Assembly (NCBI GenBank): GCA_963778865.1
Contig: CAVZWF010000005.1
Coordinates: 144,233 to 208,232, forward strand
From: an uncultured beta proteobacterium
Lineage (GTDB): Bacteria; Pseudomonadota; Gammaproteobacteria; Burkholderiales; SG8-41
DNA: 64,000 nt
Direction of reading: 5' to 3'
Shown: positions 42,589 through 53,658 of the stretch, piece by piece
Layout of the letters: every line of letters starts with the position of its first letter
Position numbering within the stretch: the stretch's first letter is position 1
Position numbers and translations under genes: made by a program
The notes under the pieces: generated by a model
What the model was told of the DNA's origin: nothing
Database searches by the model: none
Seen by the model: the letters and a program-made list of their open reading frames with translations, nothing else

Positions 42589-43581
42589 ATGCCAGTACAA
42601 CCCGTCAAGTTTTATCAGACCGGCACCTTTACCGTCGGCAACCGGCTGCTCGCCGACGCCGAGCGCACCGTGCAGGCCAACATGCGCCGCACCAACTCGC
42701 TCAATTCCGGCCATCGCGCGTGCCAGGGTTGCGGCGAGGCGCTCGGCGCGCGCTACGCGATAGACGCCGCGATGCAGGCCACGGGCAATCAGGTCATGGC
42801 CGTCAATGCGACGGGCTGCCTCGAAGTCTTCTCGACGCCTTATCCCGAAACGTCGTGGCAGATTCCGTGGCTGCATTCACTGTTCGGCAATGCGGCAGCG
42901 GTCGCATCGGGCGTGGCGGCGGCGTTGCGGGTGAAGGGCCGCGCCGGCGTCAAGGTCATTGCGCAGGGCGGCGACGGCGGCACCACCGATATCGGCTTCG
43001 GTTGCCTGTCGGGTATGTTCGAGCGCAACGACGACGTGCTCTACATCTGTTACGACAACGAGGCGTACATGAATACCGGCGTGCAGCGCTCGAGCGCAAC
43101 ACCGCCGGCGGCGCGCACGGCGACCACGATGGCGGTGGGCCAGAATCCCGGCAACGTGTTCGGCACCGGGAAAAACGTGCCGCTGATCGCGATGGCGCAT
43201 CACATTCCGTACGTCGCCACCGCATCGGTGGCGAACCTGCGCGATCTCGAGGTCGAAGGTCATGCGCGCGATGGGCATCGGCGGGTCGCGCTACATACAC
43301 ATTCACGTGCCGTGCCCGCTCGGCTGGGGTTCGGCGCCGGCCGATACGATCAAGATCGCGCGCCTTGCCGTCGAATCCGGATTGTTCCCGTTGTTCGAGG
43401 CCGAAAGCGGCGAGATCACCGGGCGCTACAAGCTGCGCCGGCGCGTGCCGGTCGAGGAATATCTGCAAGCCGCAGCGGCGCTTTGCTCATTTGTTCGGCA
43501 AGCACGCCGGACGTGCATACGATCGCGTCGATTCAGGCCATCGCCGACCGCAACGTGCGCACGTTCGGGCTGGCGGAGTAG
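42589..43581 (+). CDS. 2-oxoacid:ferredoxin oxidoreductase beta (TPP-binding) subunit, two frameshifts
   Basis: ORF 42589..43581 with pieces in 43262... HRACQGCGE and GDGGTTDIGF...CYDNEAYMNTG TPP motif. Confidence 0.85.
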   Translation: MPVQPVKFYQTGTFTVGNRLLADAERTVQANMRRTNSLNSGHRACQGCGEALGARYAIDAAMQATGNQVMAVNATGCLEVFSTPYPETSWQIPWLHSLFGNAAAVASGVAAALRVKGRAGVKVIAQGGDGGTTDIGFGCLSGMFERNDDVLYICYDNEAYMNTGVQRSSATPPAARTATTMAVGQNPGNVFGTGKNVPLIAMAHHIPYVATASVANLRDLEVEGHARDGHRRVALHTHSRAVPARLGFGAGRYDQDRAPCRRIRIVPVVRGRKRRDHRALQAAPARAGRGISASRSGALLICSASTPDVHTIASIQAIADRNVRTFGLAE

Positions 43582-43590
43582 AGGCGCCGC

Positions 43591-45218
43591 ATGAAAAAAC
43601 CATTCGCGATTACGCTCGATCCCGGCTCCAGCCTCGCCAACCATACCGGCACCTGGCGCAACAACCGGCCCGTCTATGTCGACCGGCTGCCGCCGTGCAA
43701 CAACGCATGCCCGGCCGGCGAGGATATCCAGGGCTGGCTCTATTACGCGGAAAGCGGCGAATACGAGCGCGCGTGGCGCGAACTGGTAAAGAACAATCCG
43801 ATGCCTGCGCTGATGGGACGCGTGTGCTATCACCCCTGCGAAAACGCCTGCAACCGCGCGAGCCTCGATGAGGCGGTCAGCATACATGCCGTCGAGCGCT
43901 TTCTCGGCGACGAGGCGTCGCAAGCAGGGCTGGAAATTCGAAATCACCGCGCAGCCGTCGGGCAAGCACGTGCTGGTGGTCGGCGGCGGGCCGTCGGGAT
44001 TGTCGGCCGCGTATCATCTCGCGCGGCTCGGGTCACCAGGTCACGATACACGAGGCGGGGCCGCTGGCGGGCGGCATGATGCGCTTCGGCATTCCGAAGT
44101 ACCGGCTGCCGCGCGACGTTCTCGACGCGGAAGTGCAGCGCATACTCGACATGGGCATTACGTTCAAGCTCAATACGCGCGTCGACAATATTCTCGACAC
44201 GATGAAAGCGGGCGGTTTCGATGCGGCGTTTCTGGCGGTCGGTGCGCATGTCGCGAAACGCACGGATATTCCGGCGCGCGACGCCACCCGCATACTCGAT
44301 GCCGTCAGCGTGCTGCGCGGCATGGAAACCGATGCGCGACCCCAGCTCGGACGCCGCGTGGTCGTCTATGGCGGCGGCAATACGGCGCTCGACGTCGCGC
44401 GCACCGCCAAGCGCCTCGGCGCAAGCGAAGCGGTGATCGTCTACCGGCGTACGCGCGAGCAAATGCCGGCGCACGACTTCGAACTGCAGGAGGCGCTCGA
44501 CGAAGGCATCATGGTGAAGTGGTTGAATACCATCACGCGCGTCGAGGACACCACCTTTACCGTCGAAAAAATGGTGCTCGACGACAAGGGCTTTCCGCAG
44601 CCCACCGGCGAGTTCGAGACGATAGAGGCCGACACCCTGATACTCGCGCTCGGGCAGGACGTGGATCTGTCGTTGCTCGACAAAGTGCCGGGGCTCGCCA
44701 TCGAAAAAGGCACGGTCAAGGTCGACCGCAACATGATGACCGGCTACGCGGGCATTTTCGCCGGCGGCGACATGGTGCCGTCGGAACGCACCGTGACGGT
44801 CGCCATCGGGCACGGCAAAAAGGCCGCGCGCAATATCGACGCGTGGCTGCGCGGCAGCATCTACAAGGCGCCGCAGAAGCACGAGGTGGCGCGCTTCGAT
44901 CTGCTCAATACCTGGTATTACACGGACGCGCCCAAGACCGTGCAGCCGGTGCTCGACATCATCCGCCGCCAGTCGAGCTTCGACGAGGTGCTGGGCGGGC
45001 TCGATGAATCCAACGCGTTGTTCGAAGCGCGTCGCTGCCTGTCGTGCGGCAACTGCTTCGAATGCGACAACTGCTACGGCGTGTGCCCCGACAATGCCGT
45101 CATCAAGCTCGGTCCCGGCAAGCGGTTCGAATTCAATTACGACTACTGCAAAGGTTGCGGCATGTGCGCGGCCGAATGCCCGTGCGGCGCGATTACGATG
45201 GTTCCGGAAACGATCTGA
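43591..45218 (+). CDS. GltD-like NAD(P)H-dependent FAD oxidoreductase fused to a 2x[4Fe-4S] ferredoxin domain, two or three frameshifts
   Basis: ORFs 43591.., 43868.. and 44076..45218. CNNACPAGEDIQ...CYHPCENACNR; VVGGGPSGLSAAYHLARLG; C-terminal CLSCGNCFECDNCYGVCP...CKGCGMCAAECP. Confidence 0.8.
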
Positions 45219-45285
45219 CCGCAGATATTCCAGTCGGGGCGGGCATTGCGCCGCGTGCGAATGTCCGCCGTAAATGCGGCGCACG

Positions 45286-46051
45286 CTACATCATCACGCG
45301 GCCGCCGTTGACGTCAAGCACCACGCCGTTGATGTAGGCCGCCGCATCCGAGGCGAGGAACAGCATGGCGTTCGAGTGGTCTTCCGACACGGCGAGCCGT
45401 TTCAACGGCACTTGCGCGGCGATGCGCGCGATGTCTTCCTCGGTGCGCAGCGCTTTGACGCGCGGCGTCAGCGTCGTGATCGGCGCGATGGCATTGGCAG
45501 TGATGCCGTCGGGGCCGAGTTGCTGGGCAAGAAAGCGCGTGAGCTGAATGACCGCGGCCTTGGCCGAACCGTAGGCGGGTGACGACGCCGCGGTCACGGT
45601 GCGGCCCGAGATCGACGCCACGCTGATGATGCGGCCGGCTTTCGATTTCTTCAAATGCGGAATGGCGGCGCGCGACATCAGAAAGACGCTGCGCAGATTG
45701 AGCGCGATGGTCTTGTCCCATTCATCGAGCGGCATGTCTTCGACGGTGGCGAGCCTGCCGTAGCCGCCCGCGCAATTGATCAGCACGTCGAGGCCGCCGA
45801 ATTCGGCCACGGTCGCGGCGATCGCGGCGGCCACGGATTTTTCGTCGGTGACATCGGTGCGCACCGACCAGCGCGCGGCCGCCGGCGGCGACGATTTCCG
45901 CGGCGATCGCGTTGGCGCCGGCTTCGTCGATGTCGAGCAGCGCAACGCGCGCGCGCTCCTTGGCAAACGCACGCGCAGTGACCGCGCCTATGCCTTGCGC
46001 GGCGCCGGTAATGGCAACGATGCGTCCGGCGAATTCAGGATATGACGGCAT
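45286..46051 (-). CDS. Short-chain dehydrogenase/reductase (FabG-like), one frameshift near 45900
   Basis: ORFs 45722..46123 (RIVAITGAAQGIG) and 45286..45972 (YGSAKAAVIQLTR, the YxxxK motif). Confidence 0.8.
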
Positions 46052-46135
46052 GACGGAAATCTCGCGGTGAAAAAGCGATTGAAAATCAAATCGGAGAAGC
46101 GGAACGCAGGATCGTGCTTGCACGTCGGCGCGGCG

Positions 46136-47413
46136 TCACACGACGCCTTCCATGACCTGAACTTCGACCAGCGTGCCGGCCGTAACATTGCCCTGATCGG
46201 TCGGCAGGATGATGAAGCAATTGGCTTCCGTCATCGAGCGCAGTATGCCCGAGCCCTGTTCGCCGGTGACGCGCACGCTCCAGGCGCCCGCCGCATCCTG
46301 CGTCAGTACGCCGCGCTGAAATTCGGTGCGGCCCGGCGCTTTCTTCAGCGCGCTCGTGCACGGCACTTTGAACGTCGGCAGCGGCGGCAGCGGATCGCGG
46401 CCGGAGAGTTTCAGCAGCGCGTCGCGCACGAATTGATAGAACGTCACCATCACCGACACCGGATTGCCGGGCAGGCCGAAGAAATGCGCGCCGCCGATGC
46501 GGCCGTAGGCGAGCGGACGCCCGGGCTTCATGGCGATTTTCCAGAACACGACTTCGCCGAGGCGCTCGAGCAGTTCCTTCACGAAATCGGCTTCGCCGAC
46601 CGACACGCCGCCGCTGGTGATGACCACGTCGGCACAGCGCGCCGCCTCGCCGAACGCCTGTTCAAGCAACTTCGGATCGTCGCGCACTACGCCCATGTCG
46701 ATCACTTCGCAGCCCAGCCGCGTCAGCATGCCGTGGATGGTGTAGCGGTTGCTGTCGTAAATTTGTCCGGCGCCAAGCGGCGTGCCGATCGAGCGCAGCT
46801 CGTCGCCGGTCGAGAAAAACGCGACGCGCAGCTTGCGGTAGACGGCGATTTCGCCGATACCGAGCGACGCGATGAGGCCGATTTCCGCCGGGCGCAGCAA
46901 TTCGCCGCGCTTCAACGCAACTTGTCCGGTTTTCAGGTCTTCGCCGGCGCGGCGCAGGTGCTGGTTTAGACGATGCCCGCCGCCGACCGTCACGCTGTCG
47001 CCGGCGGCTTTAACGTGCTCCTGCATGACGATGGTGTCGCAGCCGTCGGGCACTACGCCGCCGGTCATGATGCGCACGCAGGCGCCGGCTTTGACCGCGC
47101 CCTGGAACGGCACGCCCGCAAACGCAGTGCCGGCGATCTTCAGCGTGACTTCGCCGTCGGCCTTGAGGTCGGCAAAGCGAACGGCGTAGCCGTCCATCGC
47201 GGAGTTGTCGTGCGATGGAACGTCGAGCGGTGAAATCACGTCTTCGGCCAGCACGCGGCCAAGCGCGGCGCGGATATGCAAACGTTCAACGACTGCGACC
47301 GGCGACAGAAAGCGCGCGATGAATTCGCGCGCCTTGGCGACCGGCATCGAGTTCGGATCGTAATCGTCGGCGCAACTGGCGGCGCGGATGGATTTATTAA
47401 CTGGATCGTTCAT
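46136..47413 (-). CDS. moeA: Molybdopterin molybdenumtransferase (intact)
   Basis: ORF 46136..47500, starting at MNDPVNKS (ATG 47413). SAMDGYAV, TGGVSVGEADF and GLPGNPVS motifs. Confidence 0.9.
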   Translation of the reverse strand: MNDPVNKSIRAASCADDYDPNSMPVAKAREFIARFLSPVAVVERLHIRAALGRVLAEDVISPLDVPSHDNSAMDGYAVRFADLKADGEVTLKIAGTAFAGVPFQGAVKAGACVRIMTGGVVPDGCDTIVMQEHVKAAGDSVTVGGGHRLNQHLRRAGEDLKTGQVALKRGELLRPAEIGLIASLGIGEIAVYRKLRVAFFSTGDELRSIGTPLGAGQIYDSNRYTIHGMLTRLGCEVIDMGVVRDDPKLLEQAFGEAARCADVVITSGGVSVGEADFVKELLERLGEVVFWKIAMKPGRPLAYGRIGGAHFFGLPGNPVSVMVTFYQFVRDALLKLSGRDPLPPLPTFKVPCTSALKKAPGRTEFQRGVLTQDAAGAWSVRVTGEQGSGILRSMTEANCFIILPTDQGNVTAGTLVEVQVMEGVV

Positions 47414-47532
47414 CGGGAGCCCTGAGAGTCGCGTCGCGGAAACGCGAAATGTTACCGCAATATCGGCAGGGCGGAGCGCGGATCGATATCTGCCTGCCAA
47501 TCGGACGCCGCGTAACCGAACGAACCGGCAGT

Positions 47533-48040
47533 TTAGTCGGCTTGCCTTACATCAATGCGCCTGATCTGCCTGACCCAGCGCGCATGACGTTTTTCCGTGG
47601 GAATCACCAGCCGCAGCGGCCCCTCATCCGCGGACAATGGTTTCGCATCCTTCAGATAGCACAGCAAAATCAGCCGGTCCGAAAACGTGGGATCTGTTTC
47701 GGCCAACGCGAATACGGCCTGGTAGCCGTCGGCGGCCTGGACCAGGACATATTGCCTGAGCGCCGCGCCGCGCACTTCCTTCTCGGTCGGCGCCCCGGCC
47801 GCCTTGAGCACCTCGTGCAGCGCCACGCCCTGGTATTCTGCAAATACGCCGGGCGACTCTTCTACCTTCGCATTTTTCTGAGGTAGCCGTTTCAGATCAT
47901 CGATGGTGAAGTCGAGCGAGCGGCCGGACGGGACTTTGATCTGAAGCGCGGGCTCCGCCGCTTGACAGATTCCCGTCGCGGCAAGCGCTATCGCTGATGT
48001 CAAAATCCAGAACTGCAGCTATCCATCGTTGAACGATCAT
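47533..48040 (-). CDS. Small secreted protein with oxidoreductase-molybdopterin-binding-like domain, one frameshift near 48000
   Basis: ORF 47533..48003 plus N-terminus [11 protein letters not shown] from ORF 47897..48091. GPLRLVIPTEKRHARWVRQIRRIDV resembles the sulfite-oxidase-fold Moco domain. Confidence 0.6.
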
Positions 48041-48094
48041 TGCCTGCCTCGCTTTGAATAAGGAAGAGACATCCGTGTGAACTGGCCTCATCGA

Positions 48095-49186
48095 TCATTT
48101 TGCATGCTCACGCAATATTTGCCGGGTGCGGTGCGCACTGAGCAATGAATCGTCACCTGAGTGAGTTGCGTCGTAACCGGGCAATGCCGCGCAAATTGCG
48201 CGAAATTCCGCGCTCTTCAAGAATGTGATGAGGCGGGATATATGCCCGGCGTCGGGACGTTCTTCACGGCAGGCCAGATAGTAGGTTTCGCGTTCAAGCG
48301 GCACGAACGGCAGCCCGAACTGGACAGCCGCGGCACGGATGCCGAAACCCGCGTCGGCGCCGCCGCCGGCAATGGTTGCAGCGACTGCCAGATGCGTAAA
48401 CTCCTCGTCCTGATAGCCGCGTATGTCGACGGCGCGCAGATTTTCTTCTTTGAGCAGCCGGTCAAACAGCGTGCGCGTGCCCGAGCCGCGCTGACGGTTG
48501 ACGAAACGGGCGCCGGAGCGTGCCACATCGGCTATCGAGTTAATTTTTGTTTCAGTGCCTGAGCGCAGCATCAATCCCTGTTCGCGTTTGGCGAATTCGA
48601 TCAATCGGATGGGACGGTCGGGACTGCGCCCGAGTGAATCACGCAGCCGCACTTCGGGGGATTCGTCGCCGGCAAGATGAAAACCCGCGATGTTGCAGCG
48701 TCTACGGGCCAGCGCGTCGAGACAATCGTCGCTGCCGTGGGTCTGGAGGTCGAGCTCGACGCCGCATGCGTGGCTGAGGGACTCGCGCGCATTCAACAAC
48801 GCGAGGTCATGACTCGCAAATACACGCCAGCGGCGGGCGATGGCCGGCGCCGGGGAACTGAGTTCGTGCGCGAGATCCTGCGCAATTCGCGCGAGTTCCG
48901 GTGCGAGGTGTGATTCTATGTGCGACCGCGCGGCGAGCAACGCACTGCCGAGTGGCGCCAGTTGCGATCCGCGCCCGCGGCTTAATTCCGCGAGCGGCTT
49001 GCCCAGCACTGTTGCCGATGCAGTGAGCAGTCCCCAAGCATGACGATAGGAAACTCCGGCGCGTCGGCAGGCCTTTTGTAGTGACCCTGTTTCCTGGATT
49101 CCGGCAAGCAGCGCGAACAGCGAGTCATCGAGCGGCGCAGCCGCGTCGATGCCCAGGTTCCAGCGTAAATTCAGCTCGACTTTCAT
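48095..49186 (-). CDS. ModE-type HTH regulator fused to a periplasmic-binding-protein-like (COG1910-type) domain; TunR-like Mo/W-responsive regulator (intact)
   Basis: N-terminus LLAGIQETGSLQKACRRAGVSYRHAWGLL is ModE-N-like. The C-terminal roughly 230 aa are PBP-like (FVNRQRGSGTR). Likely starts at ATG 49186 (MKVELNLRW). Confidence 0.7.
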   Translation of the reverse strand: MKVELNLRWNLGIDAAAPLDDSLFALLAGIQETGSLQKACRRAGVSYRHAWGLLTASATVLGKPLAELSRGRGSQLAPLGSALLAARSHIESHLAPELARIAQDLAHELSSPAPAIARRWRVFASHDLALLNARESLSHACGVELDLQTHGSDDCLDALARRRCNIAGFHLAGDESPEVRLRDSLGRSPDRPIRLIEFAKREQGLMLRSGTETKINSIADVARSGARFVNRQRGSGTRTLFDRLLKEENLRAVDIRGYQDEEFTHLAVAATIAGGGADAGFGIRAAAVQFGLPFVPLERETYYLACREERPDAGHISRLITFLKSAEFRAICAALPGYDATHSGDDSLLSAHRTRQILREHAK

Positions 49187-49278
49187 AATATGCAATAAAA
49201 TGCATATTGCCTAATAAATAACAATGATATTAAGCTTTATTCCAGATAATTGCATTATGATAAAATTGCATATTAGGC
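49184..49278. promoter_or_regulatory. AT-rich divergent promoter region dense in ATGCAAT/ATTGCAT dyads (candidate operator)
   Basis: CATAATATGCAAT (49184..49196) versus ATTGCATTATG (49249..49259). TGCATATT direct repeat (49201.. and 49267..). GCCTAAT (49209..) versus ATTAGGC (49272..). Confidence 0.35.
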
Positions 49279-49289
49279 ACACCGACAGA

Positions 49290-50101
49290 ATGTTGGCGGA
49301 ATCGAAATGGGCACGGATATGGCTGTGCAGATGTGTCGCATTTTGGCTGGCGATGGGAGTGCTGATGCCGGTTCCGACTCGCGCCGCCGATAACAGGATT
49401 TTTGCGGCCGGCAGCTTGCGCCAGGCGCTGAACGACATCATCAGCGCGTATCAACAAAGCGGCGGGCAGCGTTACATTCCAACTTACGGGCCGTCCGGAA
49501 AACTCCGGCAGGAAATCGAGAAGGGCAACGTGCCTGAGGTATTCGCGTCGGCTTCAATCGAGCACACCGAAGCGCTATTCAAAGCGGGCAGGCTGCGCTC
49601 GAACCTGGTGCTGACGCGCAATCAGTTGTGCCTGATGGCTGCGCCCGGGATCGCGCTCTCAGCGGGCAAACTCGTCGATATCATTCTCGATCCGGCGCTC
49701 AAGCTCGGCACGTCAACCCCCAAGGCCGACCCTCAGGCGATTATGCGTGGGAGCTGTTCAGGAATATCGACAAGTTGCGCCCGGGTGCGTACGCAAAACT
49801 CGATGCCAAAGCCTTGAAGCTGGTTGGCGGCGAATTGAACCCTGCGGTGACCGAGTCTGCTTATCCGGCGATATTCAAGGACAGGAAGGCGGACGTATTC
49901 ATCACGTACTGCACGAACGCTGTCGACACTGCCGCCCTGATTCCCGGCCTGACGTGGCTGCGCTTCACGGACGGGATCAATGTCGCGGCGGTTTACGGTA
50001 TCGGTGTTTCCGTGAACGCCCCAAAGGAAGCAGATGCGTTCGTCGCATTCGCGACGGGTCCGGAAGGCCGCAGGATTTTTGACCGCTATGGTTTCAAGTA
50101 A
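49290..50101 (+). CDS. ModA-like periplasmic oxyanion-binding protein, one frameshift near 49735
   Basis: ORFs 49224..49817 and 49628..50101. Signal peptide, then IFAAGSLRQALNDIISAY...YGPSGKLRQEIEKG, typical of the ModA fold. Confidence 0.7.
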
Positions 50102-50142
50102 GCCAGAGCGAGCGAATCGAACATTAACGAGGAGAACGTAAC

Positions 50143-50951
50143 GTGAAATCGTACATGGGAAAAATCGGCGCCGGCCTGCTGGCATTGTTGTTTGCCGTAA
50201 CGGCATGGTCTGCGGAAGACATACGTATGGCCACGACGACGAGCACCGAGAACTCGGGCTTGCTGAAAGTGATATTGCCGGTGTTCGAGGCCAAGTACGG
50301 CGGCAAGGTCAGGGTCGTGTCGGTCGGCACGGGTGCGGCGCTGAAACTCGGCGAGAACGGCGACGCCGACGTCGTGCTGGTGCACGCGCGCGCGCTCGAG
50401 GACAAATTCATGGCGGCGGGTTTCGGCTCGGTGCGCAAGGACGTGATGTACAACGACTTCATCATCGTCGGGCCCAAAAACGATCCGGCCGGCGTGCGCG
50501 GCATGCAAAGACGTGATCGCGGCGATGAAGAAAATCAGCGCGAGCGGAGCCAAATTCGTGTCGCGCGGCGACGAGTCCGGCACGCACCAGATGGAAAAGG
50601 ATTACTGGAAAAGCGCCGGCGTCGATCCCAAAGGCGCGTGGTACGTGTCCGCCGGACAGGGCATGGGGCAGGTGCTGACGATGGCGGGGCAATTCGAAGG
50701 CTATACTCTGACCGACCGCGCGACGTATGCCGCATACAAGGACAAGACCGGGCTCGAGACGCTGGTCGAAGGCGATCCGAAAATGTTCAATCCGTATGGC
50801 GTGATCGCGGTCAATCCGCAAAAGCATCCCGGCATCAACAATCAGGGTGCGATGGCGTTCGTGAACTGGATTACCTCCGCCGAGGGCCAAAAAGTCGTCG
50901 CCGATTTCAAGATCAACGGCGTGCAGATGTTTTTCCCGACTGCGCAAATAG
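50143..50951 (+). CDS. tupA: Tungstate ABC transporter substrate-binding protein, one frameshift near 50505; 3' end approximate
   Basis: ORFs 50143.. and 50513..50998. MATTTSTENSGLL (TTTS motif), VSRGDESGTH, FNPYGVIAVNP. Confidence 0.8.
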
Positions 50952-51653
50952 ATGGAGTTTTTCGGCCCGACCCGCGCACGCGTTCGGGCTGCTGCTGAGC
51001 CGGCGACGCCGAGCTCTGGCGCATCATATTCACGTCGCTCGCGTGCTCGCTGATCGCGCTTGCTGCTGATTTCCCCGCCGTCAATCGCGCTCGGATTCCT
51101 GATCGCAAAAGTGACGTTTCCCGGCCGCCGCGCGCTCGTGGTGCTCGTGCAGGCACTGCTGTCGTTTCCGACGGTCGTGGTCGGGCTCGTGATTTACATG
51201 CTGCTGTCGCGCCAGGGGCCGCTCGGCTTTCTGAAACTGCTGTTTACGCCGGAAGCGATCATCATCGGCTACATGGTGATCGCGTTTCCGGTGCTGGTGG
51301 TTTTCACGCTGTCGGCGGTGCAGGGCGCCGATCCGCGCATCTACGAGACGGCGCGCAGCCTGGGCGCGAGTCGCTGGCGGGCCGCGCTGACCACGCTGTT
51401 CGAAGTGCGCTTCGGCGTCATGGCGGCGGTATTCAACGGTTTCGGCCGGGTGGTGTCCGAAGTCGGTTGCGCGATCATGGTCGGCGGCAATATCGCAGGA
51501 CTGACGCGCAACATCCCGACCGCTATCGCGCTGGAGACCAGTCAAGGGCGAGTTCGCGCAGGGCATCGCGCTGGGCTTCGTGCTGATCGTCGGTCGCGAT
51601 CGGCATCAACGTCGCGCTCGCCTGGTTGCAGGGGCAGGGGAGGGCTCGATTGA
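50952..51653 (+). CDS. tupB: Tungstate ABC transporter permease, several frameshifts
   Basis: ATG 50952. AFGLLLSGDAELWRIIFTSLA across three frames, then ORF 51060..51653 (ETARSLGASRWRA EAA-loop-like). Confidence 0.75.
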
Positions 51654-52341
51654 GCGCGCCGCTCTTTTCGATCGAGGCGCTCGACAAGCGCTTCGGGAGC
51701 GCGTGCTGTTTGAAGACACGCGGCTCGAGCTGGAGGCCGGCAGCGGTTACGTATTGACCGGCCCCAACGGCAGCGGCAAGACTACGTTGCTGCGCATCGC
51801 GGCAGGGCTCGAGCCGGCGGAAGCGCGGGCGGCTTGAGTTTCGCGGCGAGGCGTCAGACAACAGCGGACATACCCGGAGGCGTGGCGGCGCGACATCGTG
51901 TACGTTCATCAGCAGCCTTATTTGTTTCACACCAGCATCGAAAAAAACCTCGAATACGGTCTCGCGCGGCGCGGGACGCCGCCGGCCGAGCGCAGCGCGC
52001 GCGTGCGCGACGCGCTGGAATGGGCGGGCCTGAGCGACAGGCGCGACGTGCCGCCGCACAAACTTTCCGGTGGCGAGAAGCAGCGCGTGGCGCTGGCGCG
52101 CGCCAAGGTGCTCAATCCGACGCTGTTGTTGCTCGACGAGCCGACGGCGAATCTGGACGGTGAGGCACGCAAGCAGGTGCTCGAACTCGTCACCGCGCTG
52201 TGCATCGAGAACCACACGGTGGTGGTCGCGAGCCACGATCCGGAAATCATGCGGCTGGCGATCCTGAACCGGCTCGTGTATCCGACCGGCGCATTAAGCT
52301 CGATGATTGACACGGCGGCTGGTAGAATCGCGTGCCGATGA
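51650..52341 (+). CDS. tupC: Tungstate ABC transporter ATP-binding protein, two or three frameshifts (one behaves as a deletion)
   Basis: LFSIEALDKRFG; ORF 51580..51837 (GPNGSGKTTLLR); ORF 51898..52341 (LSGGEKQRVALARA...LLLLDEPTANLD). Confidence 0.75.
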
Positions 52342-52830
52342 AGATATTCGGCATTGCGGGCTATTCGGGCTCGGGCAAGACCACGCTGATCGAGAAGCTG
52401 ATTCCGCTGTTTACCGCGCGCGGCCTGAAGGTTTCGCTCATCAAGCACGCCCACCACACGTTTGACGTCGATCAGCCGGGCAAGGATTCCTACCGCCATC
52501 GCCACGCGGGCTGCCACGAGGTGCTGGTGACGTCGAGCCGCCGCTGGGCGCTGATGCACGAGCTGCGCGGCGCGCCGGAGCCGACGCTGCAGGAACTGAT
52601 CAGGCATGTCGCCGCCTGCGATCTCTTGCTGATCGAAGGTTTCAAGCACGAGCCCATTCCCAAGCTCGAGGTCTACCGCGGCGTGGTCGGCGAATCGCTG
52701 TTGCATCCGCAGGACGCGCACATCGTCGCGGTGGCGAGCGATCAGCATGTCGATACGCGTTTGCCGCAATTCAGGCTCGATGACGCGTCGCAGATCGCCG
52801 CAGTTCATCCTGCAGCATGTCGCGCTGTAG
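52338..52830 (+). CDS. mobB: Molybdopterin-guanine dinucleotide biosynthesis adapter MobB, one frameshift near 52800
   Basis: MKIFGIAGYSGSGKTTLIEKL. ATG overlaps the tupC TGA. Tail QFILQHVAL with stop 52828..52830. Confidence 0.85.
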
Positions 52831-52934
52831 CGCGAATTCAGCGCCGGCGCATATTCAGTTCATGTCAACCGACGTTCGACGCGAAGATACGATCCGCGAC
52901 GCGGTTTGCCGGTTAACCCGGTGCGCCTGGCGCG

Positions 52935-53191
52935 ATGATCACGATTTTATATTTTGCACGGTTGCGCGAAGCGCTTGGCACGGCGTCGGAACAGATTGCG
53001 TTGCCCGCGGACGTGGGCGACCTCGAGGGCGTTGCGTGTACTGCTGCGCCAGCGCGGCGGCGCGTGGGCCGAGGAGATGGCCGACGGGAAAACAGTTGCG
53101 CGCAGCGGTCAATCAGGACATTGCGCAGGGCGACACGCCTGTCAAGGATGGCGATGAAGTCGCATTTTTCCCGCCGGTGACCGGAGGCTGA
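52935..53191 (+). CDS. moaD: Molybdopterin synthase sulfur-carrier subunit, two frameshifts
   Basis: MITILYFARLREALG. Ends DGDEVAFFPPVTGG (C-terminal GG) in ORF 52817..53191. Confidence 0.8.
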
Positions 53192-53192
53192 G

Positions 53193-53653
53193 ATGACCGT
53201 ACGCATTCAGACCGAGGATTTCGACGCGGGCCGCGAAATCGCGTTGCTGCGGCAGGGCAATCCGCAGATCGGCGCGGTGGCGGCGTTTATCGGCGTGGTC
53301 CGCGACATGAATGACGGCAAAGCGGTTGCCGAGATGACGCTCGAGCATTATCCCGGCATGACCGAAAAGTCGATCGACGAAATCATCGAGCAGGCGCAAG
53401 TCGCGCTGGAACATTTTCGACGCGCTGGTCGTGCATCGCATCGGCCAGCTTGAAGCCGCTCGACCAGATCGTGCTGGTGGTGGTGACCGGCGCGCATCGC
53501 GGCGATGCGTTCGCGGCGTGCGAGTTCATCATGGATTACCTCAAGACGCGCGCGCCGTTCTGGAAAAAGGAGCAGACTCCCGATGGCGCGCGCTGGGTCG
53601 AGTCGCGCGCCAGCGACGACGTGGCCGCCGAACGCTGGCGGTTGAAAGGTTGA
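53193..53653 (+). CDS. moaE: Molybdopterin synthase catalytic subunit, one frameshift near 53410
   Basis: ORFs 53193..53453 and 53450..53653 (VVVTGAHRGDAFAACEFIMDYLKTRAPFWKKE). Confidence 0.85.
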
Positions 53654-53658
53654 TCCGG

